Positions 1-15,573 of a DNA stretch of 64,000 nucleotides are shown here, piece by piece. The DNA is from Selaginella moellendorffii. Its lineage: Eukaryota; Plantae; Lycopodiophyta. The notes below the pieces were generated by a model. The model was not told where the DNA came from. It saw nothing but the letters and a program-made list of their open reading frames with translations, and did no database searches. The position numbers were made by a program, and so were the translations under genes. The stretch spans positions 251,862-315,861 of the forward strand of contig NW_003314395.1 in NCBI RefSeq assembly GCF_000143415.4, read 5' to 3'. Within the stretch, counting starts at the first letter, position 1. Each line of letters begins with the position of its first letter.

Positions 1-29
1 CTCAGTTACTAAAAATTGATGTTCTCCAG

Positions 30-1160
30 AAAGTATCCATCAACAAAACACATACCATCCTCCCAATAGACTGTTGACAAATTTTTGAGCAAGAAATGTT
101 TACAATGCCGACAATATACTTGCAAATAACCCTCTTTGATTGTTTGCAATATAGGAAGCTTGTCATTATTTAGAAGAGGTTCTGAATTACTTTAGGAGAC
201 TAAGTATTAGATATCAACAAACGTAAACTTTGATGTTTACCTTCAACTTAGTATATGCTCTTGAATGTCAAACAAGTTAATCTCCATAGGGTTTCCCAAC
301 ACATACCTGGAATAATAATGGTTATTGCTTTTTTTTTACATATACAATGATCTGGTGAGAAGTTAATGTTGGGGATGCATCCTCATAGATAGATAGATAT
401 GATATTTAAATGTATAAGTAGATATATAGACATACTTGAAAAATAGTTATGTAAGCTAGCTGTATCTTAAGATTATGAAGCTAATTTTTATAAAATTTTC
501 AATTAAATTAAATTTTTTAATTAAAATTAATTCTAAATTATAAAATTTAAATTTTCATAAAATTTTTATAGTTTAAAAATTATAAAATTTTAGTAACAAG
601 TGCAAAAAGAGCACTTGAATTGAAATATTAAAAGATTATTAAAACGCTAGAGGATTGATAAGTAAATTATTACTTGCACCCTTAGTGCTCCAGCTCTATA
701 TTTTTTTCTAGATATTTGGAGTGGATTAAGTAACAACAACTTTAATCATGAAGAAGACACATTTATCATTTCCTAAAAAACCATATTAAAAAAATTAAAT
801 AGAAGTAAAAACATTTACTCTTACCATATTTTATGACAACAAAGTCTTCAATTTAACCTTCTTTAGGAAGATCTATCATGTTGTCTATTATTCTGTTTGG
901 GCTAGTAGTAATAATTCGATGAGTCACATTGTGTTCCTCCCTTGTAAGATAAAAAGTTTACTTTGAAAAAATTTTATAAAATAGAAAAGGAACTTGAAAG
1001 ATCATCAAGATCCAAAATATCTTTAAACTCAAAGTAATATTGATGTGGCATCTCATGCAAAAAGTCAACATATTCTTCCATAGTATAGTGTCGTGAGATT
1101 ATGTATTTGTATGTTCCCCTTATACATATATGCTTCCAGAATTTTCTAAGCAAACTCTGC
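30..1160 (-). mobile_element. Possible highly degenerate Helitron Rep-domain remnant
   Basis: The minus strand gives, in Helitron Rep order but in shifting frames, RCHINI (~1050-1036), SYKGG (~945), RYV/ETLWRL/FDIQ (~305-262) and SIGRMV (~70-53). These resemble the CHINVE, YKG, RY..EA.WR..FDI and IGRM motifs. AT-rich with many stops. Confidence 0.35.
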
Positions 1161-1224
1161 ATTATACATAATAAGCAACATTAACTTTTATATCAATTAC
1201 TAATTACCTTGGTTTTAGTAGACT

Positions 1225-1350
1225 TTGGAGCTCTTATTGAGCTTGCGCTGGAAGAGGGGGACCATGACACTGACACCCATCTTGGTAATCTCCTCATCCA
1301 GATGTATGGTAGCTGTGGATTGCTGCAAAAGGCCATTGAAGTCTTCCAGC
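1225..1350 (+). pseudogene. Isolated PLS-class pentatricopeptide repeat (PPR) fragment
   Basis: DTDTHLGNLLIQMYGSCGLLQKAIEVFQQ is a typical single PPR motif. There is no ATG and no neighbouring repeats. Confidence 0.6.
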
Positions 1351-1580
1351 AATTCAGTGCCTACTTGTGGACCAATTGTCTTCTTAGTTCACATTGTTTT
1401 AGTACTGTTGCAGTAAAATCTCGTGAGGAACTCAATGCCTTGCATTCAACTAACTTAAATTGGATACATACTAGAAAAGTGAAGCAATAATTGACAATTC
1501 TAAACAACTGGAGCTCCTTACCCAGCAGGAAGCCAAGAAGCACTTACTCCTACAAGCAAAGGAAGTAAGGTTTTGATTCA

Positions 1581-4471
<2,891 letters not shown>

Positions 4472-6668
4472 CTGAAGTCATCAACATCATTTTTCATTTG
4501 GTCTTCGGATTGTGAGTGGGCATTTGTGGATCTCAAAGAGCTATTGATGACTCTTCTGGTTTGGCATATCCTGACTACACTCGACCTTTTATTTTGTGCG
4601 TAAATACTTCTGATATTAGTCTTGGAGGTGTGTTGATGCAAGAGAGCCTGAGTGTGCCTAGTCAGTGTCATCCTATTGCGTATATAAACCATACATTACA
4701 ACCAGCGGAGGTGAACTATTCCACGACAGAGAAGGAGTGTTTAGTAGCAGCTTGGTGTTTCAAAAAACTTCATGCCTATCTACATGGTTCTTGAACGTTA
4801 CTTGAAGGTGATCATATTGCCGTTACTTCATTATTGAAGCGAAAGAACCTGGTTGGTCATACTACTTATGGGCTTTGAAGCTTTAGATATATGATTTTGA
4901 TGTTGTTCATCACCTAGGAAGTTCTATGGCTGATGCTGATGCTCTTTCTTGAGCTCCTCTTCCTTCTCCACTCTCTTCTCATGTTTCTGACGAGCCTGTT
5001 ATTCTAGCGTCTGTGGATTTTTCTAGACGAGGATTTTATGCCATCAGTAGTTGCTGTACTCATCATCCAGTGTTTACAAGGTGCAAAGAAAGATCTACCT
5101 TTTTTTGATAAGGTTTACAAGGCTCAAAAACTTGAGCCATGGATACGAAGGATTCGAAAGGGGTTTGAGAATTCTACATCACTTGCTGATGACTTGCCAT
5201 TCTGGCATTTACATTCTCAGTATCACCTTGAAAATGGCCTTCTTTATTTTGTAGGGACAAATCCTGATGATCATTTACGGTTGGTGGTGTCTTTTGTCTT
5301 TATTCCATAGTTTCTCCATGATTACCATGATTCTCCTATTTTAGGCGAGTATATAGGACATTGTCATGTGACCAAGAAGCTGCATAGGTCTTTCTATTGG
5401 CCAGAAATGCAACATGATGTTATTTAGTATGTGTGTAGCTACGGTTGGTGCCAAGTTTGTAATACTCCCCCTCATGCTACAAAAGGACGGTTGGAGTCAA
5501 TTGTAGCTTCCTGTCAATTTGAGTTGGTGGCGTTTGATCTTATGGGACCTTTTCTATTGTCGATTGTTGGTAATGAGTATGTTATTATTGCTTCTGACTA
5601 CTTGACTCGTTGGGTGGAAGTTGATGCTCTTGCTAGTGCCTTTGCAACTACTATTGGATACTTCCTCCTTAATCGAGTGGTGTTCCAGTATTCTTGTCTA
5701 GAACGGATTTTTTCGGATAATAGTCCTGCATTTATGGTTGAAGCATTTCATGTTTTGACGTCTCGGTTGGGGACACGCCACACTTTCACGAGTACTTATC
5801 ATCCACAATCAGACAGTTTGATGGAGCGGCTTGTTTGAATATTCAAAAGGATGATCATAAAGTACATGAACTTTCAACATTCGGATTGGGATAGTTATTT
5901 GTCATCTCTTCGATATACATATTTCACAAGGGTGCAGAGTTCCATTGGTGCTTCACCATATAAACTTCTATATGGTCATAATCCAATCTTACCAATAGAG
6001 CTGAATTTACTTTTGCAATTGCCATGAACTGCCAATGCTAGGTCGTGGGATCAATATTTAACGAGCATTCTTCCACTTGTTTAAGCGGAGTCTACCAAAC
6101 ACTTAAGCCATGTATAAGTGGGACAATAATGGCGCTACAACTCCTATCATCATACACTTGTAAAGTACAAAGTGGATGATTTAGTGTTAGTCCGTTTTCC
6201 CCATTTTACAATACGTGGTTTATCTAAGGGACTCCTTGCTCAGTGAAAAAGACTGTATCGAGTGTTATGGCAAGTTGGACCACAAGTTTATAAAGTTTGG
6301 CATGACATCCACCAAACCAATCCTCTAGAGATTATGCATGTTCAACAGTTGAAATGCTTTATACAAAGGGATCAGAAACAATTAATACCACCTACAAATT
6401 TACCAATGCCTCCTCTTAACGTTCCTTCAGATCCTAACCCATCTACAAGAGAACGTTGATGGTCTTCCATTATTCCGAGAGGAGGGGATGATGTGAAGGC
6501 CAAGTGTACAGCTACGATGCCGTATACTAATATTAGCGTAGTAGGATTTTGGTAATCATTAGATTAGTTTTAATCCGGACCACTCACTCCTGTATATAAG
6601 CTAAGGTTTTTAGACTGATTGACATGCACATTTTTCTGTATTCCCTTCCCATATTCCGAGCATTCACA
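4472..6668 (+). mobile_element. Ty3/gypsy family B 3' half (RNase H, integrase, PPT, 177-bp LTR), degenerate
   Basis: LAYPDYTRPFILCVNTSDISLGGVL and FELVAFDLMGPF...DYLTRWVE. PPT GAGAGGAGGGGA at 6477-6488. LTR TGTGA...TCACA at 6492-6668. Homologous to the family-B copy from 22437 onward. Confidence 0.9.
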
Positions 6669-6977
6669 CATTATTTTTTTTCTATCTTTTGAGTGATTTG
6701 GATATGTTGTGCAATAGGATGAATATTACAGCTTCTAATTCTTGAATTACTACCTTAAGAAGAAATATTTCAAGAGTTGAAACTACTAATATTAGAGTCA
6801 TTTTATTTTATATTTTGACAAACTTACCTATAATAACATATAGTAAATATTTAAATTCTTGGATAAAAAGGCTCCTCCAAAACAGTTTTATCCATATAAA
6901 ATGCAGAGAGTTATGAAAATATAATATAAAATTAAGTTTGCCATAACCTTAATTTTTTTAAATTTATAATATTTATA

Positions 6978-7900
6978 CTAAACTACAATTGAGAATACAC
7001 AATAGCATTTGAATTCATAGTCACGGCTGACTGTCCTTTCCGCTTGTTCGCTCTGTTTTTTATTCCCTGTAACTGTATAGGGTTTCCAAGTCGCTACGAA
7101 GGGGCAGTTAGCCAACTCTTCGCTCAACAGCTTATGGATTTCTCCGCTCAAAGTCGTTTCATCTCTTGTGTAGATGTTGATTCCGGCAGCTCTCACAAGA
7201 CTCCTTCAACTCTGGCGTGAGCCATATTCTGGAACGCGAAACCGGGCACTTGAGGTTTGTCTGCGAAGCAGAAGCCATCGGCGGTAATGTTCTTGCATCT
7301 GCTTCGCGAGAGCAAATGTCTTAGATGTGATAAGGAGCTTTGTTCCCGAGATTGTGGATAGCATCCGGAACCCGGGGGAAATCAAAGAACAGGTCTCGTT
7401 CTCTCTGGTTGATTGATCATCTTCGAGAACTTTCTTTTTCCTTTCGGATCACAGGTGGACATCTTGAGGGAAGAGATCCAAGGACTTCACGTGTTTGTGG
7501 GTTCCTCTCTTCTTGTTTTCTAATCGCGTGGATCTTTTGTAGGCAAACTATACCGCTTCACGGATGGTTTTCCCTGGGTCGCTGGTAAAACCTTTGTTTG
7601 AGGATGCCTCTCTGGTGTCTCCTCCAGAGCCTGTGAAGTGGCGGCTTTGAGTTTCTCTTTCATCGTTCCATTGGAAGTCTAGATAGATTTAAATCTTTCA
7701 TTCCTTAAGCAGACTACATCGGCTTCCATCGCTGAAATCCCTGGTGGCTGGAGAAACGAACGCGATGCTGTCACGGCAACCGTGTTACAAGTAAGCTTAC
7801 TGGAAGAATGTCTACGCTCAATCATTGTTTCTTCTTCCTTTAGTCGCTTCTTGGAGGAGGTGGCTCGTTTTCTTCTGGAGGCCCGGGCAAGGGTATTCAT
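6978..7900 (-). pseudogene. Degenerate coding-like segment of unknown family
   Basis: Two protein-like ORF pieces (7679-7900 and 6978-7196) separated by stops, with higher GC than the flanks. No motif recognised. Confidence 0.25.
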
Positions 7901-8099
7901 TCTAGTGTTTTTTTATTTTCCCGGACTAGAGGTCCTCTAGCAGACGAGCGAAAGTGCGTCAGCTACGTAATGCGCTGTTCTTGCAGGGACGAGGCTAGCT
8001 GGGATTTAAAATAAGCCGGAGTTGCTCATGAAACTTTCTCGTTGAAACCGATCTCATCAGTGTAAATCCTTGGCTCGACGATCCTCACGACTTTGTCTA

Positions 8100-8998
8100 T
8101 CACCAAGACCGGTCAAGGGTGGCCAGCGGAGCTCTACGCCAGAAGCTCCAGACTAGGAACGTTTCAGAAACTTGCGTACATGGACTATCGATCGCGACGA
8201 TTTCATCGCAGAATATCGATCGCGACCCCAAGAACAAGAATTCTGGAAATCCAGCGCGTCCCAGGCCGTAGCCGGCACATCGCGGGCTTTTATGCAATTT
8301 TCCCTTGGCCGCCAAGCAAAAACCAAACTAGGATTTCAAAAGTAGATGTCCGTGCACGAATCCATATGCTCCACGAAGCCCTCGAGATCAATCTCAAAAG
8401 CAGTTCCCTGCCTCTCCAGAACAAAATCTTCCAGAGCAGGATGCTTGAACACCTCTTCAGCGGGGAAAGCCATCTTGAACCTCCTTTGCCCCATGACCGG
8501 CACCCCACAAAAAACTTGTAGCTCCCCTTTCGAGCCATCTCGTCGTACTCGAGAGAAAACGCAAACACCAGATTCACAGACTCAAGCGCGAGAGCAAGTT
8601 CTTCTCCAAGATTGCATCATCCTCGTTGGTGAACGCAACTTCTCCCACCACGATCGGCTCCACAAACCCGTCGCTGCTCTTGGCTCCTCTCGGGTACAGC
8701 GGAAGGAGGAAAGGATCAAATGAGGGAACCCAAAACATACCCTCCTCATGCCGGTCTCGGGTATGAGGGTGGCCGCCATCCACGTCCGAGCTTGGCTATG
8801 GAAATGAGTGTTGTCCCCGCACACCAACAAGCTGCCATTCTCGTATTGCACGCGATACCTCGTGATCTCTTCGTAGTTTAGCAGCGCCTTGGCTTCCTCC
8901 TCGGTCACGCCATCGCACACAAGAAACGGCCCTTGCCTCAAGCCTCTCTGGCGAGTAACATCATCCAGCACGAGCTTGGCCTTCTCGAAGCGATCCAC
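8100..8998 (-). pseudogene. Uma2-like / PD-(D/E)xK restriction-endonuclease-fold pseudogene
   Basis: RYRVQYENGSLLV..G...H, then SSDGF.EPIVVGEVAFTNE....L, then VNLVFAF, resembling the Uma2/CR-REase layout. No ATG. Possible intron (GTATGT donor near 8740) and a frameshift near 8590. Confidence 0.45.
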
Positions 8999-9366
8999 AA
9001 ACTTTACACATTAAAACCTAAACTTACGGTTGTGAAGTTTAAGAATTTCACCTTTTCTTCAAATTTGATTAAGTTTGATTTTTTAGTTTGAATTTTCTCT
9101 TTTTTGTTATTTTCTTGTTGAAATTTGTTTTCTCTTGATCTTGTGCATTTTTATTATTAAATCTTAATGGATTGTGATGATTGTAGATTTTTGATTCATT
9201 AAACTTGGAGTTTAAAACTAGGCTGACGTGTTTGACAAAGGGTGCCACGTGTTCTCCAACACGGGCCTGCCCGGCAAGTGCTTGTGGCTGAGAGCGCGTG
9301 CCACATGCCCTTTTTAACTTCTTCCAGAGCTCTACAAATTTCTCGTTTCGATCGATCAAAGTGATA

Positions 9367-9901
9367 ATGGCTGCAACGCAGAGATTTGGCTTCAACTCTT
9401 CCCCAGTGGGGGCTGTCGAGGTAAGAATGAGTGAAAAGAATTTTCCAGAACAACTCTCTTGCACAGAACTTTAGAGCCGAATCCTCGAGGCGATGGAGTA
9501 GATTAACAGCCAGGGCCTCTGGAAGTGATCCGAGCGATCAAAGTGATTCAACAAGCGATGGAAGTGAGTGAAATTCCTCTTGTTTTTCCTTCTCTGATCA
9601 CAGCACGGCGTTGGATTGATTTCTCGCAGAGGAAAGTAGCACAGGCACCGACTGGGACAAGGCTTGGTCGAGCTACAAAACGGAAACTCGAAGAAAGCCT
9701 CTGTTTAACTTCAACATGGAGCAGTACGTTTCTCGGAAACCAATTCACAGGAACTTTTCTGTCACCGAGGAAGTGGACGAGTTTCGCAAGAGCGAGAGAG
9801 CAACGCTGGATGCCTGGACGGATCCAAAGTTCACATACGCGGGCTTCAGCGTGATCGTCTGCTTGTTTGTCTACATGGTGATCAACACTCCACACGCATA
9901 G
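9367..9901 (+). CDS. Small conserved plant protein, probably plastid-targeted, with a C-terminal TM helix (3 exons: 9367-9420, 9467-9563, 9630-9901)
   Basis: GT-AG introns give an open frame MAATQRF...RLTARAS...TDWDKAWSSYK...EEVDEFRKSERATLDAWTDPKFTYAGFSVIVCLFVYMVINTPHA*. The DWDKAW...EEVD...WT.P.FT pattern matches an uncharacterised plant family. Confidence 0.8.
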
Positions 9902-9987
9902 AGAAGAAAGAAGCAAAGAAGAAAGAACTCACGACTTATTTGAAAAATTGCTAGCAGCGCGATGTACAGAAATTAAATGATGAATGG

Positions 9988-10957
9988 TCATTGGTTCTCG
10001 TTGTTTATTTTCTTGAGCTCGCTCATGTTCGTGGTCTCCACGCTGCGACACACGCAAGGAACAGCGTTAGAACACGCAAGAAGTGGCTAGTTTCGAATTG
10101 CTTTCTTACGTGCTTCCTATCAGTGAAATCCTTTGCAGCTTGGTCACTTCTCCACCGCTCTGGTTGTCTTCAATAAAGACTGTCACGCTACACTTCATCC
10201 AAATTAGCGGGTTGGACACGAAAGCTCGATGCGTACTCTACCTTCGAACGTTTTGGAATTTCACGTACTTGAGCAGCACTGGCTTTCCCTGTTTCAAGAG
10301 ATCGAGTGTCACAAAGACAACTTCGCAAGAACAAACAATAGTACCTTTAAATGCTCAGGGGTCAGAGTGATCACATCGTTTGGAGGAAAATCCCCAACAT
10401 TACTGAAAGAATGCAAAGACAAATCAATCCATGATACGAGAGAAAACGATAGCCTCGTACCTGAAACCCATGTTTTGGCGATTGGCAAAGAGCCTGACCG
10501 TCTTTGGTCCTGGCAAAACACAAAAAACTTAAGTTTCGCTACAAAAGAAAAATCTACCGCGCTATACCTTCGTCGGCAGGGGATTTGATCATCACCGAAT
10601 GGAGCTTCACGACCTGATTGAAAGGAATGTAGAGCAGCAGCTGCTCGTCGGTATCACTCTCGAGATACAATTCGTCGTCCTCTCTGTATGCCTGAATTGT
10701 TACTAGAACTTAAAATCACTGCCGGACAAAGAATGGAAAAGGAAATCCCTGTCGCGGACCTTCTTGAGCGCGTTCGCGTGCGTGTGATTTGCGCTCTCGT
10801 TTAGGCATTCTACCATGGACCAGTCCACGAATTCCACGAGATCCGCCTAAAACACCAGAGAAAATCCCCAGAAGTCCTGTCAAACGATCAAAATCTCACT
10901 TACAGGCCCGGCGATCGAAGGAACTGGCGTCGCGGCTACGCTCACTGCTGCCGCCAT
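9988..10957 (-). CDS. PITH domain-containing protein (At3g04780-like), 8 exons; missed by the ORF track
   Basis: Spliced translation: [79 protein letters not shown]...[96 protein letters not shown]. All introns are GT-AG. Confidence 0.93.
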
Positions 10958-11217
10958 GGATTCGCTCCTCTACCCAAACCCTAAATGTCGAATCTAGAGA
11001 ATCAACGCTCTACATTGTAGTAGTGATGTCAGCCGTTGATCCTAGACCCACGTGGAAATCATTCTCCTTCGTCATGAGTAGGGTTTTGCCGTCTATTCTT
11101 TTGCGATTTCAATCAAGCCGATGCGCTCCTGAAATCGCGAAGATCGGAGCTGCGGCATCGATCTGCTGAGGAGAATCGCCGTGATTCGTAGGAGTTTCCA
11201 ACCCTAGGCGCTCCAGG
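10958..11217. promoter_or_regulatory. Bidirectional promoter between the PITH and VSR genes, with telo-box motifs
   Basis: Only 260 bp between divergent ATGs. AAACCCTAA at 10976-10984, TAGGGTTT near 11079 and AACCCTAG near 11200. Confidence 0.6.
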
Positions 11218-13733
11218 ATGAGTCGCGGCCGCGGAAGAGTGCTTCCGGCCCTCGCAATTGCGGTCTTGATCTTCACGACGTCGTGCTGGGGGAAATTTCT
11301 AGTGGAGAAGAATAGCATCAGCATTACCACGCCTGACAGCATCAAAGGTACATACGATAGTGCCATAGGGAATTTTGGCGTGCCGCAGTATGGGGGTAGT
11401 ATGGTCGGAAATGTAGTCTATCCAGAGAAGGGCGCCACGGCATGCCGGAATTTCTCGGAGTTTGGCATCACTTTCAAAGGCCTCAAGAGTGGAGGCCTTC
11501 CCACAGTTTTGCTCGTGGATAGAGGAGGTAAGCAAAATCGGTTCTTTTGTTTGGCTAGTGGATGAAGTTCATTTCCTTTTCTTCTTCCAGATTGCTACTT
11601 TGCATTGAAGGTATGGCACGCTCAGCTCGCGGGAGCTGCTGCGGTTCTTGTAGCGGACGACAAAACTGAGCCACTGATCACTATGGATTCTCCGGAGGAA
11701 GATAACGTTTCCGCGGAGTACGTCCAAAACATAACTATACCGTCTGCATTGGTGGAGAAATCGTTCGGGGACAAGCTCAAGGCAGCTCTCCAAGCGAAGG
11801 ACATGGTGAACATCAATCTCGACTGGCGAGAGTCATTGCCTCATCCAGACGACCGCGTGGAGTACGAGTTTTGGACGAACAGCAATGACGAGTGTGGACC
11901 GAAGTGTGAGGCGCAGCGGGAGTTTGTCAAGAACTTTAAAGGCGCCGCACAGATTCTCGAGCAGAAGGGATACACGCAGTTTACTCCTCACTACATCACA
12001 TGGTACTGCCCCGACGCGTTTATACTCAGCAAGCAGTGCAAGTCTCAGTGCATCAACCATGGCCGCTACTGTGCTCCTGATCCGGAACAAGACTTCAATC
12101 ATGGGTACGATGGAAAGGATGTGGTGGTCGAGAATTTGAGGCAGCTTTGCGTCCACAAGGTCGCCACTGAGATGAAGCGTTCGTGGGTGTGGTGGGACTA
12201 CGTGACCGACTTTCAGATCAGGTGTCCGATGAAGGATAAGAAGTATAACAAGGATTGTGCCGAGGAAGTCTTGAAGTCGTTGCGTAAGTTTTTTGCATAC
12301 ATTTTCCTTTTCGCGGCTCACTTACATGAGTTTCATTTCAGGCTTGCCGATTGATAAAGTGCAGAAATGCATGGGAAACCCTGAGGCTGATTCAGAGAAT
12401 ACAGTGTTGAAGGAAGAACAAGATGCGCAGGTAAGAGGCTTAAGTTTACGATTCGAGGATCCCTATTGAAATTTTTTACTCAGGTGGGACATGGTAGCCG
12501 CAGTGATGTTACAATGCTTCCTACATTGATCATCAATAATAGGCAGTATAGAGGGAAGCTAGACAAAGGAGCGGTGCTGAAAGCAGTGTGTGCTGGCTTT
12601 CAAGAGACTACTGAGCCGGCTGTCTGCCTAAGTGAAGGTATGGTGTTATTGTTGATTCGATGGTTAGCCTGAAAACTAATTTAACGAGCTACACAGGAAT
12701 GGAAACGAATGAGTGTTTGACGAACAATGGGGGGTGTTGGGAAAATAAAAAAACCAATGTCACTGCATGCAAGGTAGGTTCTGCTTCCAGCTCTATGGAC
12801 CACTGAATCGTCTCTGTTGTGGTTCAGGATACCTTCCGGGGCCGAGTTTGTGAGTGCCCCGTGGTGCAAGGTGTGCAGTTTGACGGAGATGGTTATAGCC
12901 ACTGCGAAGGTGCGTAGCTCAAACCGAGGGTCTAACTTAACTGACACTGATTTCGCTCGCAGCTGTTGGCTCTTTACGGTGCAAGATCGACAATGGCGGT
13001 TGCTGGCACGACACGCGAGATGGTGTGCGTCACTCGGCCTGTCAGGTGTTAGAATACTCTCTCCGACGAGAGAGTTTCCGTTTTTCTTGTCTGACCGCTT
13101 TGGCATCGTCTCGTTTCAGGAAACGCATACAAAAGGTTGCGAGTGCCCCGCCGGTTTCAGGGGCGACGGAGTGAACCAGTGCGAGGGTGAGACAAAGGCA
13201 TCTTGTCTTGCACTTCTTTGCCAGCGCTTTGGCCAACCTTCAAAGTACTAACGTGTTTGTTATATGCTTTTCTAGATGTCGATGAATGCAAGAGCAAGCT
13301 CGCCTGTCAGTGTAAGGAATGCCACTGCAAGAACACATGGGGGAGTTATGACTGCCAGTGCGACGGAAATCTCCTCTACATCAAAGAGCACGACACTTGC
13401 ATCAGTGAGTCAAATCCCTTCCCGAATTTCTCCTCCTTTGTTTTGGCTCATCCCTGTCCTCTTCCCAGGTAAAATAAGTGTTACGAGAGTAGGATGGTCA
13501 GCAACATTCTTTATTCTGGCGGGCTTGGCCGTTGTTGGAGCTGTTGGCTACGTTATTTACAAGTATAGAATCCGGGTACGTGATCTCTCTGGCATTCATT
13601 CCGGTTGGTATTGAGCTGTGTGGCTGCTGGTTGGCAGTCTTATATGGATTCGGAGATTAGAGCGATCATGGCGCAGTACATGCCTCTGGACAGCCAGAAC
13701 GAAGTCCACCGCCATCTCGAGGAGGAAGCGTAG
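11218..13733 (+). CDS. VSR: Vacuolar sorting receptor (VSR/BP-80 family), multi-exon
   Basis: Signal peptide, FLVEKNS...[14 protein letters not shown] domain [27 protein letters not shown], three EGF repeats, TM helix and cytosolic tail [19 protein letters not shown]. Confidence 0.97.
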
Positions 13734-14748
13734 TGATTGATTGGGTGTAAGTCGATCGATCGTTCGTTCGTTTGTTGATGCGATTTCTCCGTGTGTAACT
13801 TTAGAGGCTGTCCCTTTGTTTTTTCCCAGAACACTTGCGCTGCATTGCAAACCTGGAGAGATCAGGCCCCGTCTCTTCGCTCGCTTTCTCCGTTTTGTAT
13901 TTCCACTTCGCTCTTGTAGGTAGGCATTGTACATAGTACCAGAATGAAAAAAAAAAAGAGAAAACTTTAGGAGTACGCAGAGCTGGATGGACAATCGACT
14001 GGAAAGATAAAATATAAAAACATTGTAAAGACCTTACAACTTTGTCGCTGTTAATTCTATAACGGAGTGGCTGGCTGGCTGGCTTGTACGCTTTCCCTGC
14101 CTCGAAAGAACACAGAAAACCATGAGAAGGATTACAAAAAGAGCTTTGACCGTGATTCTGTGACTCTGACTCCCTCACCGAGTAATCCAATTCGCAGTGA
14201 TCCAAATCGTTCGGATGGTCGTTTTCTTTTCTCTCATCTGTGCAGGCTTTAAGGATCCAGACAAAATTTGCTGCAGGCGGGGGGCCTCCGCGTGGTCCAT
14301 AGCTTTGTGTTTGCCACACCAACCCAAAGTAGAATATCTCCTGGGGAGAGAAAAGAAGAATTTATAGAGATCGATCGATCGATCCCCTTTTGCTTCCAAG
14401 CAATGTGTTCTTCCTTCTTTGCCTCCCTGTGCGAGCTGAGCTTGCTAGCTTTAATATAGATTTCACGATACCTTCTCCTGATTCGTCCCGAAAAACTATA
14501 GACTTTGCGCACCCATCCCCCTGCAATGATGGTGTGAGAGCTCTTAAAACCATAGCAACGAACCAAACTAGCGAGAAAGAAAAAGAATTCTTCTTCTCGA
14601 GAGAAGAAACAAGGAATGGTGGTCGCGGGACTTACTTGTCACGACGACAATGAGTTTAAATTCGAGCTCCTATCCTCCTGGAACAATCAATGGGCCGAGA
14701 AATCGTGAGAGGGGAAGCTCTAGAGAGAAATTCAATCGAGAAGGTCAC

Positions 14749-15201
14749 TCACTTTGAGATTCCAAATCGCTTCTTGAGCCACCGGATGACGCTGAATCCC
14801 TTGCTCTTGCCGGTAGCGGCCGGGCACGATTTAATCGGGGGCTTGAGCTCCACCACTGGCGTCGCCGCGCCGGTCGTGTTTGTGCTGGTCGACTTGGAGA
14901 GACTGTGATGATCCTTGAGCTCCAGCACGGGCGAGAAGATTTGCATGGCGGTGCCGGCGGTGCTGCCCACGCTGCCCACGCTGCGGCTGCGGCTGAGCTG
15001 CGCGGTGGCCTTGGCGTCGCCATGATCGATCGTCGCGGAGATCGCCGAAATCTGTCCCAGCGCCGCCGGGTGCTCCATCCCGGCCGGATCTTGATCTTGC
15101 TTCCGGAACATACCTTGATCCGTGAATGTCCAATTCTCCGCCCAGCTCATCCCCGACGATCCCTGCCGCCGGAACGAAATCCCTCTCGTCAGCGTTGCCA
15201 T
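14749..15201 (-). CDS. At1g80180/At1g15400-like (MASS family) MAPK-substrate protein, single exon
   Basis: N-terminal LTRGISFRRQGSSGMSW motif, central LSRSRS, and C-terminal PP...F..W..K.FG. Confidence 0.85.
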   Translation of the reverse strand: MATLTRGISFRRQGSSGMSWAENWTFTDQGMFRKQDQDPAGMEHPAALGQISAISATIDHGDAKATAQLSRSRSVGSVGSTAGTAMQIFSPVLELKDHHSLSKSTSTNTTGAATPVVELKPPIKSCPAATGKSKGFSVIRWLKKRFGISK

Positions 15202-15573
15202 GGCAGCGAAATCTCTCGCGGGATCCCTGGATTCTACCGTTCTGCGCGATTTTCCAGAGAGATCCTTCGATCCCGCACGGCGCCACTACCTAGAATCTAT
15301 CTATGCGATCGTGACGCTAGAGATTTTCGCAAAGCATCGCCATCGCGTGCTCGTCTCCCCCGTCTTCTTCCTGTCGCAGCAAACCAAGAAAACCAAGAAC
15401 ACATCGCCCTGTTTAAAAACCCCGTACGGCTGAGATTCGTGGAGAATATCCCCAGTTTATAAGAACGGATGGGATTTGCCGCGAATATCCCCCACAACTG
15501 AGGGAATCTCCTTCCTTTTAGTGGGCATATAATTCCACCACTCATTCTCTTTTTTACGTGTAGGGTTTCTGCG

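Noticed and set aside
14831-15462. Overlapping alternative-frame ORFs around the MASS-like gene
   Set aside because: Shadow ORFs of GC-rich coding sequence with no motifs.
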